64,000 nt of DNA from a virus, in IMG/VR virus record IMGVR_UViG_3300020583_000010, positions 1 through 64,000 of that record. One strand, 5' to 3'. The first letter of the stretch is position 1, and each line of letters opens with the position of its first letter. Positions 7,895-14,904 of this stretch are shown here, in pieces. The notes beneath the pieces are model-generated. The model made no database searches and was not told the origin of the DNA. It worked only from the letters and a program-made list of their open reading frames with translations. The position numbers were made by a program, and so were the translations under genes.

Positions 7895-7969
7895 TGGAGC
7901 CCCATGAAGGAGTCGAACCCTCATCACCTGATTACAAAACAGGTGCACTCGCCGTTGTGCTAATAGGGC
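7895..7969 (-). tRNA. tRNA-Thr(TGT), CCA encoded
   Basis: Anticodon loop TTTGTAA; ends in TCCA. Confidence 0.92.
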
Positions 7970-7977
7970 GTATTAAA

Positions 7978-8172
7978 TTATTCTACTTCAGCCTCTTCAA
8001 CTGAAGTAGGTACAATCCTAGTTCTAACTTCTGGAGGGTCATAGTAACTGTCGGCTGTTATATACTGAGAAGGGAGTCGTAAAGTAGGCGCCCAATCAGA
8101 CCAGTCGTCATAGCAAGGATGAGCACGCCAGCTCCACTCAACAGTGTATGAAGCTAGGACTGTCTTCGCCAC
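7978..8172 (-). CDS. Hypothetical protein
   Basis: 64-aa ORF with a GGAAGG RBS, between tRNAs. Confidence 0.6.
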   Translation of the reverse strand: MAKTVLASYTVEWSWRAHPCYDDWSDWAPTLRLPSQYITADSYYDPPEVRTRIVPTSVEEAEVE

Positions 8173-8197
8173 TTTGCTGCCTTCCTATTATATAGCG

Positions 8198-8270
8198 TAC
8201 CTGAGGTCAGATTTGAACTGACACTGTCTTCCTTCTAAGGAAGTGTCTCCTACCGTTGGACTACCCAGGC
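8198..8270 (-). tRNA. tRNA-Leu(TAG)-like, short variable arm, 6-nt anticodon loop
   Basis: CTTCC-TTAGAA-GGAAG; scaffold matches the Leu(CAA) at 13994. Confidence 0.7.
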
Positions 8271-8280
8271 ATTAGAAGTA

Positions 8281-8385
8281 GTAGACCCGTATGTGACTCA
8301 CGCGCCCTTACTCCTAGGCTACGGTGTTCCCAAATGCGTTAGAGCATCTACAATTGCTCAGCTTCGGTAGTCGGCTAGGCTGAGC
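8281..8385 (-). ncRNA. Structured spacer RNA
   Basis: GCTCAGC/GCTGAGC hairpin plus a domain closed by GTAGA/TCTAC with internal CCGTA/TACGG pairing. Confidence 0.4.
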
Positions 8386-8390
8386 GGGAG

Positions 8391-8462
8391 CAGGGAATGA
8401 GAGGTTCGAACTCCCGACGCGCGGCTTTGGAGACCGCCGCTCTACCGCTGAGCTAATTCCCA
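8391..8462 (-). tRNA. tRNA-Trp(CCA)
   Basis: GCGGT-CTCCAAA-GCCGC; G73. Confidence 0.93.
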
Positions 8463-8466
8463 AAGA

Positions 8467-8578
8467 TGCTGGCAGATAGCCCCGAGACTAGTAAAAGGCA
8501 GATGCCTAAACCCTTACGGGTTCTCGTTCCTCGTACAGGCCGTGTTTCACTATTCCTTACCGCCCATTCAGGCCAGCA
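8467..8578 (-). ncRNA. ~112-nt structured RNA closed by a terminal stem
   Basis: TGCTGGC/GCCAGCA closing stem; internal AACCC-GTAA-GGGTT and AGGCA/TGCCT hairpins inside CGAGA/TCTCG. Confidence 0.5.
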
Positions 8579-8596
8579 ACTATATTTAGTTATAAG

Positions 8597-8669
8597 TCCG
8601 GAACCGGGGAGTCGAACCCCGTTTATCCTCATCCCAAATGAGGCGGATTAGCCGTCTTCCTCGTTCCGA
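8597..8669 (-). tRNA. tRNA-Pro(TGG)
   Basis: CCTCA-TTTGGGA-TGAGG; canonical T-arm. Confidence 0.88.
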
Positions 8670-8672
8670 GGG

Positions 8673-8790
8673 AGAAGACTGGCAGAGCCTTCGTATATTC
8701 GTTCAGCCTCACAGTGGCTACCTGTGGTTTCACATCGGGAGCTATCCTCGACGGCCTACTAGACATCTACTCGGGTTGCCAGTATCTTCC
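8673..8790 (-). ncRNA. ~118-nt structured RNA closed by a terminal stem
   Basis: GGAAGA(TA)CTGGCA pairs with TGCCAGTCTTCT; begins at position 75 of the upstream tRNA-like RNA. Confidence 0.5.
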
Positions 8791-8791
8791 G

Positions 8792-8862
8792 TGATAGGTA
8801 GGGAATCGAACCCTCCGCATATCTGCGTAGCCCGTTCTAGCGCTAACTAGGACTCGCCTATC
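8792..8862 (-). ncRNA. tRNA-like RNA lacking a D-arm and canonical anticodon
   Basis: Acceptor-like GATAGG/CCTATC with A73-CG trailer; T-arm AGGG-TTCGATT-CCCT; two internal hairpins. Confidence 0.65.
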
Positions 8863-8871
8863 TCACTGCTA

Positions 8872-9216
8872 TCAGAAGTGTAACAGTCCTTCAGCATCTA
8901 GTTTATTTACAACTTCTTCCGTTACCTCTATCACGCGCCATGGTCGGAAATCACGGTCACTTAAATGGTTCTTGGCCTTCATTCCTACCAGCATAAGGGC
9001 TCCAGCTTTGTCGGCTGCCCTTACATAAGTAATACATGGCTCATAAATCCTGTAATACTTACCATCACGCTTAACCTTAACTACATTAGTAGTTAAGACC
9101 TGATATTCTACTTGCCAAATCTTCATTTCTTCTGGACTGCTGACTTTTTCTACTAGACTTACTTCGCCTTCACTATTAACTTCTTCGTGACGGCTAACTT
9201 TTTCTGAGCTACTCAT
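8872..9216 (-). CDS. Hypothetical protein
   Basis: 114-aa ORF with an AAGGAG RBS. Confidence 0.75.
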   Translation of the reverse strand: MSSSEKVSRHEEVNSEGEVSLVEKVSSPEEMKIWQVEYQVLTTNVVKVKRDGKYYRIYEPCITYVRAADKAGALMLVGMKAKNHLSDRDFRPWRVIEVTEEVVNKLDAEGLLHF

Positions 9217-9274
9217 TTATTACTCCTTGCTAGCAACTTGGGTCCATTTAGGCCCATTCTTTAGTTACTGTGCG

Positions 9275-9348
9275 TAGCGGGAATGGGAGTCGAACCCATG
9301 TAGTTGGCTTATGAGGCCACGCCGGAACCACCTCCGGTCTATCCCGCA
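9275..9348 (-). tRNA. tRNA-Met(CAT), initiator-like 1:72 mismatch
   Basis: Anticodon loop CTCATAA; acceptor TGCGGGA/TCCCGCT. Confidence 0.85.
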
Positions 9349-9351
9349 CTG

Positions 9352-9636
9352 CTAGATGTAGGATCTCGGCCGACTCGGAAAACTCCTCGACATGAGGTCC
9401 TGCCGTGCTCCCCTACATCTAGTTTGTCAATCACAGTTGTGCCGAGCAACTCATTGACTCTGGGCTATATGCCTAACTCTTTCGAGTTGGTAGGGATAGT
9501 TCTCCAGCTATTAAGTTAGTGTCCGGTAGGTTAGCTCGGTCATGACTCCGAGGGTCACCGGACTGGAGCGCTGTGCCGATAGCGGCCAGTCTTTCACTCT
9601 TTATATTCTCCATTTCAGAGGTTGATAGCCTCTGAT
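9352..9636 (-). ncRNA. Multi-hairpin non-coding leader or ncRNA set between the promoter and tRNA-Met
   Basis: Perfect 11-bp stem 9352-9362/9412-9422 and at least five other hairpins; no credible minus-strand ORF. Confidence 0.55.
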
Positions 9637-9642
9637 GTCTCT

Positions 9643-9671
9643 ATTCTAGCATCGGCAGCCCGTTCTGTCAA
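9643..9671 (-). promoter_or_regulatory. Host sigma-A-type promoter for the ncRNA/tRNA array
   Basis: TTGACA-N17-TAGAAT with TGn. Confidence 0.85.
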
Positions 9672-10246
9672 GTGCTGGTTAGAATCTTCTTCTGCCTGAT
9701 CTCGTCCCGCAGTTTCTTCAAACCCCCGAAGTACGTACTTTCGGGCATTCCTTCTAGAGGAAGGATTTCCTTGAGCTGGTACCCTTCCATTCGCCGCCCT
9801 AGTACTCTAGGGAACTTAGGATTTATCTTCTCAGCCAGTTCTAACATTCTGTCTATCTCATTGTTTATGAAACAGATAGAGTCAGGGTCCCACTCGAAGT
9901 CCGTAGCCTCATCGTGAGCCTCTTCTAGAGGATAAGTATTATTTACTATGAACTTCTTAGCCCGGACAGTGTCAGAGCGGCCTTCACGGCTTCTCAGGCC
10001 ATCAATAATGCGTTGTTTTATCATCGTACAGATATACCCGTTAAGCTTGTAACCTTTGTCAGGACTGAAGTTAATCAAAGCCTGCCAGAGAGCCTCATAG
10101 GCGTCTGAGTACATCAGCCAGGGGTCCCGAACATATGTCTTAGAGAACTCAGTGCGAATTATAGCAAAGACTGCTCCTTGATGCTTTCTTATAGCATCAT
10201 TTATCTCTGAGCAGCACTCGCACTTAGGAGTTGACATTCTCTTCAT
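9668..10246 (-). CDS. Sigma-70-family factor (divergent)
   Basis: Region-2-like ALWQALINFSPDKG..YI..MIKQRIIDGLR; region-4-like EGYQLKEI...LKKLR. Confidence 0.75.
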   Translation of the reverse strand: MKRMSTPKCECCSEINDAIRKHQGAVFAIIRTEFSKTYVRDPWLMYSDAYEALWQALINFSPDKGYKLNGYICTMIKQRIIDGLRSREGRSDTVRAKKFIVNNTYPLEEAHDEATDFEWDPDSICFINNEIDRMLELAEKINPKFPRVLGRRMEGYQLKEILPLEGMPESTYFGGLKKLRDEIRQKKILTST

Positions 10247-10484
10247 CTATATGTGATCTTTCCCAGATTTCGTATTCATCGGCTTCACAGTCGTCACAGA
10301 TCGTGTCATCTGCGGGCACATGACCGCCGCATTCCGGGCACTCACGACACAGGGGTAACCCCATCTGAGCAAACTCAGGATCTGTACATATGTAACAACT
10401 GTCACTGTAGACCACTGGAACAGAGACTACATCATCTAAAAGAAGATGGTAAGCCGGATCACTAGGTTTCATTGGAAGACTCAT
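10224..10484 (-). CDS. Zinc-ribbon protein
   Basis: Several CxxC pairs. Confidence 0.7.
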   Translation of the reverse strand: MSLPMKPSDPAYHLLLDDVVSVPVVYSDSCYICTDPEFAQMGLPLCRECPECGGHVPADDTICDDCEADEYEIWERSHIDEENVNS

Positions 10485-10747
10485 GCCTCAGCCCACTGAC
10501 TTGTGTTAGCCAGAGCACTATAGTCCCAGCCCTTCATGAAAATCTCATTAAGCTTGGCTGCATACTCTTGTGCCATCTTCTCAGGAATCAGCCTAGACAT
10601 ATCAGGATCTTGGATAGCAGCAGCCAACGGTGCAAAGTTTATCTTAGTTATCTGCGTGCTGATAACCGTTCCGTCAAAAGCGACAGCATCTTCCCAGATC
10701 TTGAAGTCTTTTGCCCGGTATCGCAGCGAGTAAGCGCCTTCAATCAT
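10481..10747 (-). CDS. Hypothetical protein
   Basis: GAGGAG RBS; downstream of a promoter. Confidence 0.7.
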   Translation of the reverse strand: MIEGAYSLRYRAKDFKIWEDAVAFDGTVISTQITKINFAPLAAAIQDPDMSRLIPEKMAQEYAAKLNEIFMKGWDYSALANTSQWAEA

Positions 10748-10770
10748 TAGTGTCTCCTCTCTAGGCTTCT

Positions 10771-10799
10771 AGCGTATCACCTAGGCACTACTATGTCAA
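10771..10799 (-). promoter_or_regulatory. Host sigma-A-type promoter
   Basis: TTGACA-N17-TACGCT with TGn. Confidence 0.75.
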
Positions 10800-10802
10800 G
10801 TC

Positions 10803-11504
10803 TCACGCATAAGGCTCTAGAGGGATATCCTGATAAGTAGCCGGAGCTATTGCTCTGAGCTGACTGAGTAGTTCTGTAGCCAGCTCTAGTATCTCAGCGT
10901 CAGCGTGGATATTATATCGTTTCCCCAGGACATCTCTCCAGGCTCTGTGGTTTGCTGTCACCGTCATAGCCACCGGGGCGCAGTTGGGAAGTACTGACCT
11001 CGCGGCTTCGCGCGCCTGCTTACGGGTCTTGCCGTCGTGGACAAGCTGGTCTGCCAGCACCTGATAAGCCACAAGAGCACGTGTATACTGGTCCTCAATG
11101 ATCTTTTCCATTGAAGCATTACCTCTGATGGCCGGAGGTATTACGGGTCTGGTATTACTGTAATCCACATAACGCTGGCTCTCCACACTAAAGCTCACAT
11201 GTCGATGTCTAGTCAGCTCTGCTAAGAGACTTCGGCTCACGCCTTCGATATAAAAAGTAGCGGAAGCATGCTCTAAAACGCTGAAGTGCTGCTGTTTAAG
11301 TATGTTAGCTAAATAACTCTCATCAGTGGCAGTCTTAGGGTTAGGCATTTCCCAGGAAAGATAGCATGATCTGCCGCCGAAGTGGGCTAAACGGTCTGCA
11401 CTGTCGCCCTCATTAAGAGCATGGTAACGGTCAAACTCTGTGCCTTCGATAGGCCAGAAGTTGTCTTCGCCTATCAGAGTAGAAGCTAGCAAAGTCACGC
11501 GCAT
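10803..11504 (-). CDS. thyX: Flavin-dependent thymidylate synthase
   Basis: Motifs HFSVLEH, RHRHVSFSVESQRY (RHRx7S) and AREAARSVLP. Confidence 0.95.
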   Translation of the reverse strand: MRVTLLASTLIGEDNFWPIEGTEFDRYHALNEGDSADRLAHFGGRSCYLSWEMPNPKTATDESYLANILKQQHFSVLEHASATFYIEGVSRSLLAELTRHRHVSFSVESQRYVDYSNTRPVIPPAIRGNASMEKIIEDQYTRALVAYQVLADQLVHDGKTRKQAREAARSVLPNCAPVAMTVTANHRAWRDVLGKRYNIHADAEILELATELLSQLRAIAPATYQDIPLEPYA

Positions 11505-12147
11505 TTGTATTCCTTTGATAGTATGTTATCGCTAGAGTATCCAGTAACATGTCTAGTGGCGGAATCTCGCCATCCCAGTACCAGCTCATTCCGAAGACGC
11601 TCTTATTGGTGTCTTCGAGCATGTGGAAACCCGGAAGGCCCTTAAAATGTGGGAGCATCAACCAGTAAGCACGACTATAGTTCTCCTCCCCGTAAAAAGT
11701 AAGATAGCCGCTGTTTGGAAAGCCTTGACAAGAGCACCAGGTAGTAACTCCCTGCTGCCATAGCCATCGGAGGACTGGGTAAAGCTTCTCATCTACAGCA
11801 GTAGGTCTTAGAGCATAGTCATCAAAAGCAGCAGCTAATAGTCCATTAACAGCAGGAACTACTACGATAGAATGATCACCAGCTATAAGATTCTCACAGT
11901 CATACCCTGTGATGTTCTTGACTGCTGCTCTCTTAGTGTGCTCTTTACGGAACTTAGGAAGTTTACTCCAGTCTACAACTGGAGGACTCTCAGGCCATAT
12001 ATCATCGGAGAGAGCGCCCTGATCTATAGGCTTAACACTAGCACTCCATAAAAAGGCAGCCTTGGCAGTCCACACTTCTCTTTGCTCAGTACTGAGGCTT
12101 TCTAAATCTGAGTAATCCCAATCTATGTCATCTGAAGTTCCTGTCAT
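11431..12147 (-). CDS. Hypothetical protein (TxxSCQG motif)
   Basis: 238-aa ORF with an ATGA overlap. Confidence 0.7.
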   Translation of the reverse strand: MTGTSDDIDWDYSDLESLSTEQREVWTAKAAFLWSASVKPIDQGALSDDIWPESPPVVDWSKLPKFRKEHTKRAAVKNITGYDCENLIAGDHSIVVVPAVNGLLAAAFDDYALRPTAVDEKLYPVLRWLWQQGVTTWCSCQGFPNSGYLTFYGEENYSRAYWLMLPHFKGLPGFHMLEDTNKSVFGMSWYWDGEIPPLDMLLDTLAITYYQRNTNARDFASFYSDRRRQLLAYRRHRV

Positions 12148-12431
12148 CGTTCAAGACCTTCCAGCCACGTATAGCCATCAGGCCTGTTACCGCCCCACGC
12201 GTCCCTATGCTGTGGGTTCCGGAACCATGTGGAAGGACATGGAGCCACAGCCTCATACAGACCATTAGTATCAACTCCCCACGGAATACCTAACTCATCA
12301 TCTTCTCCGGTAAAGGCAATACGCGCGGCTTCTCTATACTCTTGATACTGAGGATACCGGTCACAGTATATGCACTTTGACGGTGCATGCAGAATTGAAG
12401 GGTCACAGTGTGGCATAGTAGGAAGCGTCAT
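12144..12431 (-). CDS. Hypothetical protein
   Basis: HC..H..CxxC motif; ATGA overlap. Confidence 0.7.
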   Translation of the reverse strand: MTLPTMPHCDPSILHAPSKCIYCDRYPQYQEYREAARIAFTGEDDELGIPWGVDTNGLYEAVAPCPSTWFRNPQHRDAWGGNRPDGYTWLEGLER

Positions 12432-12994
12432 ACTAGGATAGCTCCCTTATCTACAAGGAGTTTGGCCACTCCATAAGGAGTTGCATAACCTGTCCACTGT
12501 CCTGGGAATAGAGGTTTTCCGGCCTTACTGTATGCGATAGCTGCCAAGGTACTACAGATAATGTGACCTTCATCATCTATGTAGTCATGCAGTCCTGGCA
12601 CTGGAATATGGAATCTGTGTGCAGCTATTGAGAAGTAGTCAAGTGACGAGTATGGAGCACCCACCATGGCTTCGGCATACTTTACAATATTCAGACCTGT
12701 AGCTTTATCAATGCCTAGAAGTCCGGTGCTGAACAGGATAGGACGGCCGTCTAGGTACTCTGAGATAGGCGCTATGCGAGCTCCGCCTACCTCTGCCTCA
12801 ATCAGAGTTGTGGCATCTCTTACTACAGCTACATGTGAGAAGACACTGAGTTTCTTAGCTTCAACGCTGAACGGATGAAACAGCCGGTTACTATTGAGCA
12901 GTTCGCCGAAACCTATAAGTTTTCCAACCTCACCAGTGATATGTGTAGCTAGGAGGTCGCCGGGCTGTAATGCCTCTGGAACCGTAGTTGTCAT
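12428..12994 (-). CDS. Permuted papain-like NlpC/P60 (YiiX/YaeF-type) amidase
   Basis: LQPGDLL, SHVAV, IEA, GAPY and ICSTL in the permuted order (His before Cys). Confidence 0.8.
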   Translation of the reverse strand: MTTTVPEALQPGDLLATHITGEVGKLIGFGELLNSNRLFHPFSVEAKKLSVFSHVAVVRDATTLIEAEVGGARIAPISEYLDGRPILFSTGLLGIDKATGLNIVKYAEAMVGAPYSSLDYFSIAAHRFHIPVPGLHDYIDDEGHIICSTLAAIAYSKAGKPLFPGQWTGYATPYGVAKLLVDKGAILV

Positions 12995-13122
12995 AGGGTA
13001 CTGTGCTCCTCGTCAGCATAGAGAAGCACTCCTGGCTCCTCGCAAATGAAACAGATCGAGCGGCGTTCAGGAAATTCTTTCCATTGAATTCCTTCACATT
13101 CAGGACATGCAAAGTCTACCAT
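12991..13122 (-). CDS. Small zinc-ribbon protein
   Basis: MVDFACPEC..CFIC; ATGA overlap. The longer ORF-track start overlaps the regulator gene. Confidence 0.5.
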   Translation of the reverse strand: MVDFACPECEGIQWKEFPERRSICFICEEPGVLLYADEEHSTL

Positions 13123-13147
13123 GTCATAGCTTGAAGCAGTTACTCGT

Positions 13148-13684
13148 TCAGCTACTCTGGTTTGCGGGTACAAGGCCGCTGGCAATCTCTGCGAGCTCAA
13201 GTTCAATCGACGCCTCACGAATGACTTGTGATGGAGGACAGCCAAGCGCTTCAGATATCTTGGGTAGAGCATGCGATGACAAATCCTTCCGGCCACGTTC
13301 TACATCAGAGAGGTGAGCGATAGAAATGAAAGCAATCTTAGAGAACTCACGCATAGTGAATCCGAGAGCTAAGCGCCGCTGCCTGATAACAGAACCAAGA
13401 GCTGTACTAAAACTGTACTCACTCGGCTTCGATGTATGACTCTTCCTCTTTCGAGGTTCTGGATTACGGCTGATCTTTCCGTGAAATTCTCCTCCAGCGA
13501 CTCCGGTAAACCCCTCATACACTGCCTCCCCGCACAGCTTCTTAATGGGACACGAATTACAGTATGGGGCCCACTTCCTGGCTTCTAGCTCTTTCGCTGA
13601 GGAAGGAAAGAAGATTTCAGGGTCAGAAACATCTCTGCACATAGCTTCATCAGAATGGGATATAGTAAAGGTTACCGGAATCAT
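13148..13684 (-). CDS. WhiB-like Fe-S domain fused to a ClgR-like XRE HTH
   Basis: C..DPEIFFP..CxxCP....C..GVAGG, then IRQRR..TMRE..ISIAHLSDVERGRKDLSS. Confidence 0.85.
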   Translation of the reverse strand: MIPVTFTISHSDEAMCRDVSDPEIFFPSSAKELEARKWAPYCNSCPIKKLCGEAVYEGFTGVAGGEFHGKISRNPEPRKRKSHTSKPSEYSFSTALGSVIRQRRLALGFTMREFSKIAFISIAHLSDVERGRKDLSSHALPKISEALGCPPSQVIREASIELELAEIASGLVPANQSS

Positions 13685-13690
13685 GTACTC

Positions 13691-13719
13691 ACCTTAGCAA
13701 GTTCTTGTCACTTTGTCAA
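13691..13719 (-). promoter_or_regulatory. Host sigma-A-type promoter (leaderless)
   Basis: TTGACA-N17-TAAGGT with TGn; 6 nt to ATG. Confidence 0.8.
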
Positions 13720-13992
13720 GGGCTCGAACCATACATCTTCCACTGGAGTGTACACACCCATATCGTTGCATTCTCCGCACACTATCTCCTCTAGAAGGAA
13801 GTTTGTATTATGATACATATCCCATTGTTCTAAATAGTGGTTACGGCATAGAAAAGTAGGATCAGAGTGCTCACAGTCTGAGACATAGTAAGCTACCCAT
13901 TCAGCTTGAGACTGACAGCTCTCCATCTCACAGGATGGTCTGAAGTTGAGATGTGATATCTCGTCTAAAGTAACATCTGGTTGCTGTTTCAC
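13708..13992 (-). CDS. Zn-finger protein starting at GTG directly after tRNA-Leu(CAA) (paralog of 6678-6992)
   Basis: CE..C..AEW..CEH..LC..H..CxxC. The ORF-track start at 14052 lies inside the tRNA. Confidence 0.7.
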   Translation of the reverse strand: MKQQPDVTLDEISHLNFRPSCEMESCQSQAEWVAYYVSDCEHSDPTFLCRNHYLEQWDMYHNTNFLLEEIVCGECNDMGVYTPVEDVWFEPLTK

Positions 13993-13993
13993 G

Positions 13994-14066
13994 TACCCCG
14001 AGCCGGATTCGAACCGGCGCTGTGCAGGACTTGAATCTGCCGCCTCTACCACTGGGCTACCGGGGC
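13994..14066 (-). tRNA. tRNA-Leu(CAA), short variable arm
   Basis: GCAGA-TTCAAGT-CCTGC; canonical T-arm. Confidence 0.88.
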
Positions 14067-14070
14067 TTGT

Positions 14071-14280
14071 TTATTTTACTAGCTGATAGTTACTTCCACA
14101 TAATATAGGATTTTGATCTCCCTTATTATGTCCATTCTGTATCTCACCAACGTACCACAGTCCAGAAGCATTCTTATACTGTGCTACTATCTTCCACTGT
14201 GTGTCAGACTGTGTGTCACTAGGATAGTTAGGGTCAGGAGCCAGCTGTACAATATCTCCGACTTTCCATACTGCTGTCAT
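14071..14280 (-). CDS. Small SH3-like hypothetical protein
   Basis: MTAVWKVGDIVQL with an AAGGA RBS; the longer start overlaps a tRNA. Confidence 0.65.
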   Translation of the reverse strand: MTAVWKVGDIVQLAPDPNYPSDTQSDTQWKIVAQYKNASGLWYVGEIQNGHNKGDQNPILCGSNYQLVK

Positions 14281-14305
14281 AACTATCCTTACTACTAGAT
14301 TAAAG

Positions 14306-14379
14306 TAGGCCCTGAGCGGATTGAACGCTCCTCTAAGATGGATATAAGCCACCTTCTGACCACCAGCCAGCCAAGGCCC
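14306..14379 (-). tRNA. tRNA-Ile(TAT), atypical D-arm
   Basis: AGGTGG-CTTATAT-CCATCT; acceptor GGGCCTT/AGGGCCT with A73; T-arm GAGCG-TTCAATC-CGCTC. Confidence 0.8.
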
Positions 14380-14402
14380 AAGAGCCCCTAAGGGCTAATT
14401 AA

Positions 14403-14696
14403 TCAGATTTTGATCTGCGCCTGATTAAGGGTTACGCTTAGACGAGTCGCCATCTCGGCCAGCAGAATGAAGGGAACTGATACCGCAGAAGGAATTCTGA
14501 CGCTCTTAGAAGAAACGTCAAACTCCAGTTGAAACTTCGGATAAGTATCATTTACTACCTTCACTGAAGACAACTGAGGATTTCCTTTCTCATCATCCTC
14601 ATAGCCTTTGCTGACCTTTACAAGTGGCTTAGCCTCAGGCTCTTCATTCTGAACCTTGAAACTAGGAGCGTTGGAAGACGCTGATGCAGATGCCAT
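14403..14696 (-). CDS. Hypothetical protein
   Basis: AAGGA RBS; packed operon. Confidence 0.7.
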   Translation of the reverse strand: MASASASSNAPSFKVQNEEPEAKPLVKVSKGYEDDEKGNPQLSSVKVVNDTYPKFQLEFDVSSKSVRIPSAVSVPFILLAEMATRLSVTLNQAQIKI

Positions 14697-14706
14697 ATGT
14701 TATTCC

Positions 14707-14904
14707 TTACTTGGTTAGCTGAGCAACGCGCTCGGCTAGCTGGGGTACGGTAAATGACTTTCCTACCTTACCGGCTACGTACTGTTGTACGAATACTGGA
14801 GTAGTCAGCTCAGCAGCTACACTGAGAGCCTCCGCCATAGTGTCAGCCTCTCCCATACGAATAGCAGGCTTAGAGTCTGACAGGACTAGATACATCTTAC
14901 GCAT
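14707..14904 (-). CDS. Hypothetical protein
   Basis: AAGGAG RBS. Confidence 0.7.
   Translation of the reverse strand: MRKMYLVLSDSKPAIRMGEADTMAEALSVAAELTTPVFVQQYVAGKVGKSFTVPQLAERVAQLTK

Noticed and set aside
8467-8578. c-di-AMP riboswitch or Y RNA assignment
   Set aside because: Only short partial resemblances; left as an unclassified ncRNA.
205-9348. HDV-like (theta) or hammerhead ribozymes at tRNA 3' ends
   Set aside because: I could not fit the P3/L3/P1.1 nested pseudoknot or the CUGANGA/GAAA core by eye. An Infernal or RNArobo search would be decisive.
8466-9519. Plus-strand ORFs 8466-8651, 8638-8850 and 9304-9519
   Set aside because: They are antisense to tRNAs and ncRNAs and show no protein motifs.
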